Positions 1-7,988 are shown, counted from the first letter of the stretch. The stretch: 32,000 bases of DNA from an uncultured Chloroflexia bacterium (GCA_963718915.1 CAVRAI010000015.1:150001-182000), one strand, 5' to 3'. Translations and numbers: made by a program. Notes: a model not told the origin generated them from the letters alone.

Positions 1-955
1 GGCCACGGCGCTCGCCGGCTGTGGGACGAGCGCCAGTAGCAATGGCTCGACGGCCAGGCTGACGGTTGGGCTGACCTATGTGCCCAATATTCAGTTCGCG
101 CCGTTCTATGTCGCGCAGGCGCTTGGCTACTATCGCGACGCTGGTCTGAATGTCACCTTCCACCACCACGGCGCCAGTGAGGACGAGTTCGGCGCGCTGG
201 TTGCCGGGCAGGAAGACGCGATCTTCGCGGGCGGCGACGAGATCGTAGGCGCCCGCGCGCGCAACGTGCCCATCGTGGACGTGGCGACGGTCTATACGCG
301 CTACCCGGTGGTCGTCATCGTGCCTTCTAGCTCGTCCATCCAGTCGGCGGCTGACCTGCGCGGTCATACGATTGGCGTACCGGGAAAATACGGCGCAACG
401 TATATCGGGCTGCTCTCGCTGCTCTCATCCGTCGGACTCTCGCAGTCCGATGTCAACATTCAGTCCATCGGCTATACCCAGGTATCGGCGCTGATCACGC
501 ACAAAGTGGACGCGGTGATGGGTTACGCCAATAACGAGCCGCTACTGCTCCAGAAGGCGGGCATGAGCGTGCGCACGTTCGATGTAAACAACGCGGCGCA
601 TCCGCTCGTCTCGAATGGGCTGGCGGCGATGGAATCGGTGCTCAAGGCGCGCGGCGGCGATATCAAGAAGCTGGTGGCGGCGACGCTGAAGGGGGTGCAG
701 TATGTGCTCGCCCATCCACAGGACGCCGTGAACCTGAGCAAATCGTTCGTGCCGGGCCTCGATACCGGCTCCAACGCGACCGATGCGCTCGCCGTGCTCC
801 AGGCGACGCTGCCGTATCTGCAAATCGACAGCACGAAGGCTGGCTATAACGATCCGGCGAAGTGGACGGGGATGGTGAGCTTTTTGCAGGCGCAGGGGCA
901 GCTTGCCGCGCCAGTAGACGCCAGCAAGGCCTATAGCAACAGCTATCTGCCGTAA
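1..955 (+). CDS. ABC-transporter substrate-binding lipoprotein, NMT1/THI5-like (NitT/TauT-type); the 5' end lies outside the window
   Basis: The frame is open from nt 2 (ATALAGCGTSASSNGSTARLTVGLTY...), so the gene starts upstream of the track's GTG at 80. This places a lipobox L-A-G-C at nt 11-22. The mature part (PNIQFAPFYVAQALGYYRDAGLNV...) fits NMT1/THI5-type binding proteins. Stop TAA is at 953-955. Confidence 0.8.
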   Translation, partial: ATALAGCGTSASSNGSTARLTVGLTYVPNIQFAPFYVAQALGYYRDAGLNVTFHHHGASEDEFGALVAGQEDAIFAGGDEIVGARARNVPIVDVATVYTRYPVVVIVPSSSSIQSAADLRGHTIGVPGKYGATYIGLLSLLSSVGLSQSDVNIQSIGYTQVSALITHKVDAVMGYANNEPLLLQKAGMSVRTFDVNNAAHPLVSNGLAAMESVLKARGGDIKKLVAATLKGVQYVLAHPQDAVNLSKSFVPGLDTGSNATDALAVLQATLPYLQIDSTKAGYNDPAKWTGMVSFLQAQGQLAAPVDASKAYSNSYLP

Positions 956-999
956 ACCTCTGATACCAAATCTGGCTAAGTTGTTGTCGTTGGCGAGTG

Positions 1000-1067
1000 C
1001 GCCGTAGCCTGAAGGCCACGGCGAATGGGCGGAGAAATTCGCCGTAGCGTTTACGCTACGGTCTGCC
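1000..1067 (+). repeat. Intergenic three-hairpin repeat element, copy 1 (full)
   Basis: Hairpin CCGTAGCC-TGAA-GGCCACGG (1002-1021), core CGAATGGGCGGAGAAATTCG (1022-1041), hairpin CCGTAGCG-TTTA-CGCTACGG (1042-1061), tail TCTGCC. Related copies lie at 10784, 17579 and 21941. Confidence 0.85.
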
Positions 1068-1138
1068 CCCGAAGGACAACAATCCAAACGAAATCAGTAT
1101 AAATCTGATCGCGCGAGAAACGATGCCTGGAAAACGAT

Positions 1139-1169
1139 GGTGGGGACGAGTTGTCGGCTCATCCCCACC
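1139..1169 (-). terminator. Candidate intrinsic terminator of the minus-strand gene that ends at 1191
   Basis: 8-bp stem GGTGGGGA (1139-1146) / TCCCCACC (1162-1169). On the minus strand it is followed by ATCGTTTTCC. It sits 22 nt beyond the TAG stop. Confidence 0.45.
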
Positions 1170-1190
1170 GTTGCATTCGCGTCAAAACAC

Positions 1191-2563
1191 CTAATGCTTG
1201 ACGTTGGCGATGCTCAGATTGGAAAAGACGACCTCGATGCCATCGTTGCCAATCAGGCCAGTGTCGCCGCTGGTAAAGGTGCTGTCATCGGCGGAGCCAA
1301 CCTGCGTGCCATTGACCGAGAAGACGAAGTGGCTGCCCTGCGCCTGAACAGAGAGTGTATTCGCCTGATTCAGGCCGGTTTTGATCGCGGCATTCGCCGT
1401 CTGCCCAACGATGTCGGTGCTGGTTCCGTTGACCACCTTGCCGAAGCGCCATTTGCCATTGGCGTCAACCTGAAACTCGTAGTAGTTGCCTTTGCTCACG
1501 CGCCGAACGACCATCCCATAAAAATAGGTGATTGGGCCAGAGATCTGCTTCGCCGAGACGGTGGTCACGGCGTCGCCCACCTTATCCGACGGCGCGTAGC
1601 AGATGAAGCCCGCGTTGATATGGTAGCCGCCGCTGCCGAAGAAGCAGTTGCTATCGTCGGTCCACTGGCTCTTCGTGCTGCCGTCGAGCGCGTCCTGATA
1701 GATGAGCGCGCCGCCGCCCGGCCCAGTATTGTTGCCGCCGATGGTGACGCCAGCGACGGTAAGGCCGTTGGCCTGGTTTCTCAGAAAGACAAATCCGCCT
1801 CCAGCCACGGCAACCACCAGCACCAATGCTAGCAGGCAACCGACGATGCAGCCCGCCCGGCTCTTGCGTTGCGGCGGAGTCTGCACCTGGCCGGTCCATG
1901 GCTGGCCAGTCGTGGCGGGATACCCCGTCTGGTAGCCCGGTTGTGCGGGCGGCGCGCCATAGGTGGGCTGCTGTGGAAGCCCATACGCGGGTGTCGGCGG
2001 CTGATTGTACGCCGGGGGCGTATAGGCTGGCGGCCCTTCGACTGGTGGCGTATAGGCTGGTGGGGGATAAGCAGGCGGTTGCGCTGGTTGCGCGGGTGGA
2101 GCATACGCAGGCGGCTGCGGAGTCGGCGGCGTTGGCGGAGTCGGCGGTGTATAGGCAACCGTCTGCGGGAGTTGATCGGCTGCGGGCGATAGCTCCGGCT
2201 GCTGCTCGACTGGCGGCATATACGTGCCCGGCAGCGCAACCGGCGGCGTGGCCCCGGGTGGTGTGTCTGAGGGTGGCGTATAGGCGACCGTGTCCGCCGA
2301 GTCCGCGAGCGGCTGGTTCCATGCGGGCCGGGTGGGTTCCTCGTCTCCGCTGGGCGGCTGATTCCATGTGGGACGCTCTGGCTCGCCAGTGGGCGCTCCC
2401 TGAAGAACGTCGGCGTCTCGTCGGCGGATCCCGGCGCTCCCTGAAGAACCGTCGGACCAGCCAGCGGATCCTGTTCCGCCGCGGATGTCAGCGGCTGCCC
2501 GCAGTGAGGACACGTGGCGGCGGCAGGGTCAGGCAGTGGTTGATGGCAATGAGGACAGTTCAT
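1191..2563 (-). CDS. Zinc-ribbon / proline-rich / single-TM protein with a beta-rich C-terminal ectodomain; the reading frame is broken by a 1-nt indel near 2408/2409 (possible pseudogene or sequencing error)
   Basis: ATG at 2563 opens MNCPHCHQPLPDPAAATCPHCGQPL (CxxC-N11-CxxC zinc ribbon). Below ~2408 only the other frame (track ORF 1191..2513) looks like protein. That frame has PTGEPERPTWNQPP, a long YTPP/PPAY proline-rich region, one TM helix (CIVGCLLALVLVVAVAGGGFVFL), and a ~200-aa domain (GNYYEFQVDANGKWRFGKV...HFVFSVNGTQVG) reminiscent of concanavalin-like/DUF1080 jelly rolls. The span 2563..1191 is 1373 nt, one short of a multiple of 3. Confidence 0.7.
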
Positions 2564-2726
2564 TAAAATCTATGGTCCTTTCTGGGATGCCCCAATGCGA
2601 AAGAATGATACCTGGCGAACACCATCAGCCGCCCCAGTATAGCTGAGTCATGTGCCACTGGTAAATGGTTGGACTGTGACGCGCTTCACGGGTAGGTAAT
2701 TTTCTTGAGGCCAGGACGACGTCACA

Positions 2727-3407
2727 TTAACGATCCGAAGCGCCCGCCTGCCTCTCAGGTGGAAGCAGCGCCAGGAGTGTCGACAGAATGTATCCGGTCA
2801 GACCCCAGATGCGATACGGGCCGTAATCGTAAAAATGAACCTCGCGCGCCGTTCCTCCACGCACCCAGGTCTCTGTGTGAAAGATTGCCGGGTCAGCCAG
2901 CGCGGCGACAGGCGCTTCGATGATCTCCTCGACCTCATCGGGATTCGGCGTCAGCGGTGGCAGCCCCTCGGCCAGCCAACCGACAACCGGCGTTACCCAG
3001 AAGTTGCTGACGACAGTGAAGAGTGGGGGCAACGCTCCCAGCAGTTCGACGCGATCATCCGCCAGCTTGATTTCTTCCGATGCCTCACGCAAAGCTGTCG
3101 CCGCAAGGCTGGTATCGTTGGCCTCGTGAGAGCCACCAGGAAACGAAATTTCGCCGCGATGCGCGCGCAAGCGGGAGGATCGGCGTGTGAAAAGTAGATA
3201 CGGAATACCGTCGCGCGGGTAGAGCAACGCCAGCACCGCAGCGACGCGGGCAGTCGGAGGGTCGGGCGCAATCGGTGTCGTCGTGGCCACCAGCGGCGGC
3301 GTGAGTTGCGCGCGCAGCCAGTCGGCCAACACGGAGGCGTCGGCGAGCGCCAGCGCGCGCGTGGGCGGATCGCCTGTTGTGGCCTCGCTATCAGAATGCG
3401 CTCCCAT
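2727..3407 (-). CDS. NUDIX hydrolase, CoA pyrophosphatase (NudL/NUDT7-like)
   Basis: LLFTRRSSRLRAHRGEISFPGG is followed by the Nudix box GGSHEANDTSLAATALREASEEIKL. This parallels the NudL pattern FPGG..D..D.S...AALREA.EE. GAGGAA lies 9 nt upstream of the ATG at 3407. Confidence 0.85.
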   Translation of the reverse strand: MGAHSDSEATTGDPPTRALALADASVLADWLRAQLTPPLVATTTPIAPDPPTARVAAVLALLYPRDGIPYLLFTRRSSRLRAHRGEISFPGGSHEANDTSLAATALREASEEIKLADDRVELLGALPPLFTVVSNFWVTPVVGWLAEGLPPLTPNPDEVEEIIEAPVAALADPAIFHTETWVRGGTAREVHFYDYGPYRIWGLTGYILSTLLALLPPERQAGASDR

Positions 3408-3470
3408 AGTGACAATTTCCTCAAGAATGCGGATCCCGCACCCAGTTTCAGCCCTACCGCTGCAATTCTC

Positions 3471-3499
3471 TTGCGCTTCCCGGTGTCCTCTGCTATACT
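3471..3499 (+). promoter_or_regulatory. Candidate sigma-70-type promoter (TTGCGC-N17-TATACT)
   Basis: TTGCGC at 3471-3476, a 17-nt spacer, then TATACT at 3494-3499. It points away from the divergent NUDIX gene. Confidence 0.4.
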
Positions 3500-3505
3500 A
3501 TCGTG

Positions 3506-3606
3506 AGAAGTGGGGGCATGCAACGCGACACATGCGGGATATGAGCAACTGAATCCGAGATCACTCCTGGAGGGATAAGAGTCCTCCTGGGGTGCTTTTG
3601 TGTTTC
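3506..3606 (+). ncRNA. Candidate ~100-nt small RNA or leader transcript (unclassified)
   Basis: Bounded by the promoter at 3471-3499 and the intrinsic terminator at 3562-3606. It contains no credible ORF (an 8-codon ATG at 3518 has no usable SD spacing). An internal hairpin GCATG-N10-CATGC is present. Confidence 0.35.
3562..3606 (+). terminator. Intrinsic terminator
   Basis: 12-bp stem CACTCCTGGAGG (3562-3573) / CCTCCTGGGGTG (3583-3594) with one G-U pair and one mismatch, a 9-nt loop, then CTTTTGTGTTTC (3595-3606). Confidence 0.55.
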
Positions 3607-4514
3607 AAGTGACCGCGCCACCCGGTAGACCATTGTAGGCAAAAACTTGTAGGTTTGCGGGCGTTCACGATTCAGGCGACACACAAAAACAACTCCGGAT
3701 ACTTACGCCACCGTTCTGGCGTACCTCAACCTCTCGCTCCCCGCCGTGCGTGGTTCCCTCCCACTTCGCCGCTGACCGCAGGCCCGTTTCTTGCTGTCTT
3801 GTACGCCGACATTCGCGAAGGAAGTGCCCCCTCGTACGTGTCGCGCGCTGAAACAGCCTGAAATGCCAGTGTCAGCAGACTTATGCACAGGGGGGCTTCT
3901 CTCCACACCAGCGCGACAACTGACGCACGCAGCGATTGCGGGCCGCGGAAGGACCGTTCAACTGACCAACCGTCACCGTGGGCAATCGTGGGTAGCAGAC
4001 ATTCGCACATGTCGCGCTGGCGAACAGGATTCTTTGGAAGGGATAGCCGTGAGCGTCCGCGCGCGCCGGGAAGAACGACGGGACGGCGCGGACGGAGCCA
4101 GCGATAACGCCAGAGAATCAGGTGTGTAGCGGGTGTCAGGCCGCGCAACGAGCAGAAAATGACGACGTAAGCACGTCGCCACGCGCTTTCCGACCCGCAC
4201 AACGCACAACGCGCGCAGCGCCGGTTTCTCACGGGCAAACTCTGGGCACAACATTGCGCCAGGATGGCGCGGCTCTTCCTTCTGGCACAGGCCGGAAACT
4301 TCCGGGAGTCATCCCGGACACAGCGTCGCTGGTATGGCTTGCCACGACTTGCCATGGCGCAGCGACGACACGATCATGCAAGGGAAAGGGGAGACGTCTC
4401 ACTGCGGAGACCAGCCACGTGTGAGATGTCGCAAGTAGTTCGATGCGTCCAGATGACAACGCTACCGCACCTGCCACAATTGGGCACAACAACGGGTATG
4501 AGGAGGCCGAAACT

Positions 4515-6404
4515 ATGGCCGACGACACCAACATCGACGGAATGGACACCTTGGCCAGCGCGTCTGCGCCCGCCGCTGTGAGTGAGAGCGAGACGGATCA
4601 CGCCGTGCCAGCGGTCGACCCGGAAGAACACGATATACGCGACACAATGCGCGACGATGCTGATGATGCTGACGGCGCCGATATGAGCGAGATGGCGCGG
4701 CTGCTCGATGAGCAGGATGTGCAGTTCAAGAGCATCAAGCGCGGCGATGTCGTCGAGGGGCAGATCGTCCACATCGATGCCGATGAGATTCTGGTGGACA
4801 TTGGCCTCAAGAGCGAAGGCGTCCTCTCAATCAAGGAGCTACCCGCCACCGGCTACGGCTCCCGCGAGGAACTCAACGTTGGCGACAATGTGCTCGTCTA
4901 CGTCGTGCAACCCGAGACACCTGAAGGTCACGCCATCGTCTCGATCAAGCGCGCACGCCTGGAGCGTCAGTGGCGGATCGCCCAGGAGCAGTCCGACCGC
5001 GGTGAGCTTCTCGAAGCCGAGGTCATTGACTTCAACAAAGGCGGCCTGATCGTCAACCTCGACGGCATTCGTGGTTTCGTGCCGATCAGCCAGATTCTCA
5101 ACCTCAAGCGTGAGGATAACGCCGACAACGCCGAGACCCAGCAGAAGCTGCAATCGATGGTTGGTCGCAAGCTCCAACTCAAGATCATCGAGATCAACCG
5201 CAACCGCAACCGCCTGATTCTCTCCGAGCGCCTCGCGGTGCAGGAGTGGCGCGCGCGGCGGCGTGAGGAGTTGCTCAACGAACTGGAGGTCGGCGAGGTG
5301 CGCACCGGAACGGTCAGCAATCTGGCCAACTTTGGCGCGTTTGTCGATCTTGGAGGCGCCGACGGGCTGGTGCATATCAGCCAGCTTGCCTGGAGCCGGG
5401 TCAATCACCCGAGCGAGGTGCTCAAAGTCGGCCAGAAGGTCGAGGTCCAGGTGCTCTCGGTGGATAAAGAGAAGAAGAAGATCGCTCTCTCCATCAAGCG
5501 CGCCGAGGTGGATCCCTGGACGACGGTCGAGAGCCGCTATGCGGTAGGCCAGACCGTCACTGGCACGATCACCAAGATCGCGCCCTTTGGCGCATTCGCC
5601 CGGATCGAGGATGGCGTCGAGGGTCTCATCCACCTCTCTGAGCTGCCGAGCGGAATCTCTGACCCCAAGCAGGTGTTGCATGAGGGCGAAGAGGTGACCG
5701 TGCGCATTCTGCGTATTGACCCCGAGCGCCGCCGCCTGGGCCTCTCGATGCGCCAGGCGGGTGAAGAGGGCGCCGTCGAAGAGGCTGCTACGGCTGAGGC
5801 TGCCAATGGGACAGCGAGCGCTGTGGCGGGCGAAGCGACGGGGGCGCCAGCAGCCACCGAGCCAACGACCTCCACTGAGGAGGCCGTATCCGCGCCACGC
5901 CAGCGCCCGCAGCCCGCGCGCAGTGAAGAGCCACCAACCACCGCGATGGCCGCCGCCTTTGCCGCCGCGGCACGGCGCGATCAGGCGACCGAGACTCCGG
6001 AAGCGCCGGAGAGTCCAGAGACGCCAGCGGCTGAAGCTGCGCCCTCTGAAGCTCAAGCGGAAGCCGTTCATGAGGCGACCGCCGAGACGCTGGCGCCTGA
6101 GACGCCAACGCCTGAGACGCCCGCCGACGCGGTCCCACCCGACGCGAGTGAGGTGGAGGCTGCCGAGGAAGGCGCGGCGAAAGCCGCTGAGGTTGAAGCT
6201 GAGGTTGAAGCTGAGGTTGAAGCTGAGGTTGAGGCTGCGCCCGTCGAACAGGCTGCCACTGAGGAAGTCTCTACGGCGGAAAGCGCTGACGCACCGGCTG
6301 AGGACGCTGCCGATGTCGAGCCGAAGGCCGCCGATACGGCAACTGAGGCTGACGACACGGCGACCGACACCGCCCATACGCCGGAAGGCGCATCTGAGGA
6401 CTGA
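4515..6404 (+). CDS. rpsA: 30S ribosomal protein S1 with four S1/OB repeats and long acidic N- and C-terminal extensions
   Basis: SD GAGGAGG at 4500-4506 and ATG at 4515. Four S1 repeats: GDVVEGQIVHID.., GELLEAEVIDFNKGGLIVNL, GEVRTGTVSNLANFGAFVDL, GQTVTGTITKIAPFGAFARI. The tail after ~5750 is A/E/P/T-rich. Confidence 0.93.
   Translation: MADDTNIDGMDTLASASAPAAVSESETDHAVPAVDPEEHDIRDTMRDDADDADGADMSEMARLLDEQDVQFKSIKRGDVVEGQIVHIDADEILVDIGLKSEGVLSIKELPATGYGSREELNVGDNVLVYVVQPETPEGHAIVSIKRARLERQWRIAQEQSDRGELLEAEVIDFNKGGLIVNLDGIRGFVPISQILNLKREDNADNAETQQKLQSMVGRKLQLKIIEINRNRNRLILSERLAVQEWRARRREELLNELEVGEVRTGTVSNLANFGAFVDLGGADGLVHISQLAWSRVNHPSEVLKVGQKVEVQVLSVDKEKKKIALSIKRAEVDPWTTVESRYAVGQTVTGTITKIAPFGAFARIEDGVEGLIHLSELPSGISDPKQVLHEGEEVTVRILRIDPERRRLGLSMRQAGEEGAVEEAATAEAANGTASAVAGEATGAPAATEPTTSTEEAVSAPRQRPQPARSEEPPTTAMAAAFAAAARRDQATETPEAPESPETPAAEAAPSEAQAEAVHEATAETLAPETPTPETPADAVPPDASEVEAAEEGAAKAAEVEAEVEAEVEAEVEAAPVEQAATEEVSTAESADAPAEDAADVEPKAADTATEADDTATDTAHTPEGASED
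6186..6236 (+). repeat. 12-nt in-frame tandem repeat (GCTGAGGTTGAA x4) encoding (AEVE)n in the S1 tail
   Basis: Units at 6186-6197, 6198-6209, 6210-6221 and 6222-6233 (the last ends in GAG). The protein reads EVEAEVEAEVEAEVEA. Confidence 0.9.
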
Positions 6405-6435
6405 TTCCTCGGTCGCGCCAGAAAGCATCATGCTT

Positions 6436-6479
6436 GACCGCTACTGCGTCTGTTGCAGTGGCGGTCTCGCTTTCTCTTC
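6436..6479 (+). terminator. Intrinsic terminator of rpsA
   Basis: 12-bp stem GACCGCTACTGC (6436-6447) / GCAGTGGCGGTC (6455-6466) with one U-G pair, loop GTCTGTT, then TCGCTTTCTCTTC. Confidence 0.6.
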
Positions 6480-6492
6480 AGTGGGGTCGCGC

Positions 6493-7224
6493 CTACATAC
6501 CAGCGGCGAAGAATGTCCCTGACATCTCCTGCCCGCCGTACTGAATATTGAGGTAGTAGCAGCCCGATGATCGGAGGAAGAAGTTCATTGTCCATGCCCG
6601 CCATCCATCTGACGAAGGTGAAGTTAATTCGGGTGTGAGTATCAGTGGGCTTGTCGCCTGCTCCCAGCCATTCGTGCTGAACCATACGCTGCTGCCCATT
6701 CCGCTTGCGACGAGGACGATCTGCTGCGTTACGTCGGGCGCTGCCACGAGTATGACCTTATACGGCCAACCGTACGGTGTCAGCGGTACACCAGCGGTGA
6801 AACGGATCGTGGCTTGGGGACCGCTAAAGCCGACCAGCCAGACATGCAGACCAGCGACGCCTACTCCTGGGCTATAGGTTGAGGAGAACGTTTCTACAGG
6901 ATTTCCCGGAGGGCAGTTGGTGGGCGTCTTACCGATCAGCGCGGGTGTTGGCGCCAGTGTGGCGGTGGCGGTCGGCTGGGGCAGCGCCCATCCGGTGAGT
7001 GGGGTGTGTGCCGGAAAGTAACCACTCAAGATGACCGCCAGCGAGACAGCAATAGCGCCTCCGACGAGCAGGGTACGCCAGAGGCGGGCGTGGCGGCGCG
7101 GGCGCGGGATTCGCTGGTCGGCGTGAGATGACGGCGAGAGCGGCATCACTTCGATGTGAAGCTCGGAGTCGGCCTCATCTATGTTGTGATGGCTGTTGTG
7201 GTCGCTATGCTCGCTCATCGACAT
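6493..7224 (-). CDS. Hypothetical membrane-anchored protein (His/acidic N-terminus, one TM helix, extracytoplasmic domain of unknown family)
   Basis: The track ORF runs to 7668, but its first 148 codons are not protein-like. MSMSEHSDHNSHHN starts at 7224 (second ATG at 7218, with GAGGAA just upstream). TM helix LWRTLLVGGAIAVSLAVILSGYF. I recognise no family. Confidence 0.6.
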   Translation of the reverse strand: MSMSEHSDHNSHHNIDEADSELHIEVMPLSPSSHADQRIPRPRRHARLWRTLLVGGAIAVSLAVILSGYFPAHTPLTGWALPQPTATATLAPTPALIGKTPTNCPPGNPVETFSSTYSPGVGVAGLHVWLVGFSGPQATIRFTAGVPLTPYGWPYKVILVAAPDVTQQIVLVASGMGSSVWFSTNGWEQATSPLILTPELTSPSSDGWRAWTMNFFLRSSGCYYLNIQYGGQEMSGTFFAAGM

Positions 7225-7361
7225 TTCCTCGCCTGTCTGATATACGTCGGAGGTTTCAGCCAGAGAAATAGCGCCTGCCACGACGATAGTACACTGTCTT
7301 GGCGCGATGTGGTATGCCTCACCAGAAGGCGGTACGATGGACAGTATTCCGTATGAGAAGA

Positions 7362-7396
7362 GAACCAGTCGAAAGTCTGGTTCCAGATGTGGAACC
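7362..7396 (-). promoter_or_regulatory. Two mutually exclusive perfect 7-bp hairpins in the leader of the 6493..7224 gene
   Basis: GAACCAG (7362-7368) / CTGGTTC (7377-7383), and GGTTCCA (7379-7385) / TGGAACC (7390-7396). The two share GGTTC at 7379-7383. Confidence 0.35.
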
Positions 7397-7988
7397 CGTG
7401 CGTTAAAATAGAGTATAGATGAATAGCGACGGAATTCGCGCCAGAGTGGCCTGGCAGATCCCTTGTTCAACCCAGGGTTGGGAGCGAGACCGTCCGCTGT
7501 TCGCACTTTTCCACATCGAATATGCCAGCGGGATTCCGCCCCACACCGATCTGCCACCACGCAAGCCAGGATGTGCCCCGTGAATTCCCGTTGGTCGAAT
7601 TGACACAAAAGTGATTCGGGAAGTTTCCTGTAGCGCCTGATTCTTCCTGATTCCGGAATCATCTCCATATCTAAGGGAAGCCGATGGCGCGAAACCTGCT
7701 TCTCTGAAACAAGTATTCGATATGGTGATTAGCGCATGAGCGCCTCAAGCGGCGCCGCATTCGGCGTGGACGTGCGGAATGTGAATGTGTGAGTGTGGGA
7801 TAGTGGAAGCATTGCGGCGAAGGATCGCCTGAGCATGGTTGTATCAGTTGACATGTGTCATGCATGCAGGGCGGAGATGGAGGTTGCGCGGAGGGCGGCG
7901 CCATCGAAGGAATAGATAGAGATCAGGCAGTGCGGCGAGAGATACCCGCAGGTCTAACTGAGGCATAATCACTGGGCCATGTGGGAGG

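Noticed and set aside
1829-2563. The 244-aa ORF starting with the zinc ribbon, considered as an independent gene.
   Set aside because: Only its first ~50 residues look real. Downstream it is Arg/Ser/Pro nonsense overlapping the clearly coding frame of 1191..2513. It is better explained as the 5' part of the same gene separated by a 1-nt indel.
3726-4355. The 209-aa minus-strand ORF filling the NUDIX-rpsA spacer.
   Set aside because: Its composition is Arg- and Cys-rich, it has no SD or start context and no recognisable domain, and it overlaps equally long nonsense ORFs in other frames. I treat the region as non-coding.
4098-4393. Possible RNase P RNA or SRP RNA. GATCATGCAAGGGAAAGGGGAG (about 4372-4393) and GATAACGCC (about 4102) recall RNase P blocks. 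GGTGTCAGGCCGCGCAACGAGCAG (4131-4154) recalls the SRP helix 8 region.
   Set aside because: The near-invariant RNase P motif GAGGAAAGUCCGGGC is absent on both strands, and the motif order is wrong. The SRP-like segment cannot form the GNRA-capped helix. These are only short chance resemblances.
6186-6236. Tandem arrays at 6186-6236 (12-nt units) and 12524-12563 (10-nt units), considered as CRISPR-like arrays.
   Set aside because: The units abut with no spacers, they are far shorter than CRISPR repeats, and no cas genes are present.
4839-6431. Very long antisense or alternative-frame ORFs: 4839..6431(-) 530 aa, 12651..13847(-) 398 aa, 9379..10290(-) 303 aa, 23558..24466(-) 302 aa, 26356..27087(-) 243 aa, 1137..1832(+) 231 aa.
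   Set aside because: Each lies opposite or out of frame to a gene with clear family motifs. Their translations are Arg/Gly/Leu-rich with no motifs. Stop-poor shadow frames are expected in GC-rich coding DNA.
7225-7668. The N-terminal 148 codons of track ORF 6493..7668.
   Set aside because: The translation is not protein-like, the DNA is AT-richer, and a proper start with an adjacent GAGGAA exists at 7224/7218 directly before a coherent cytoplasmic-TM-ectodomain protein.
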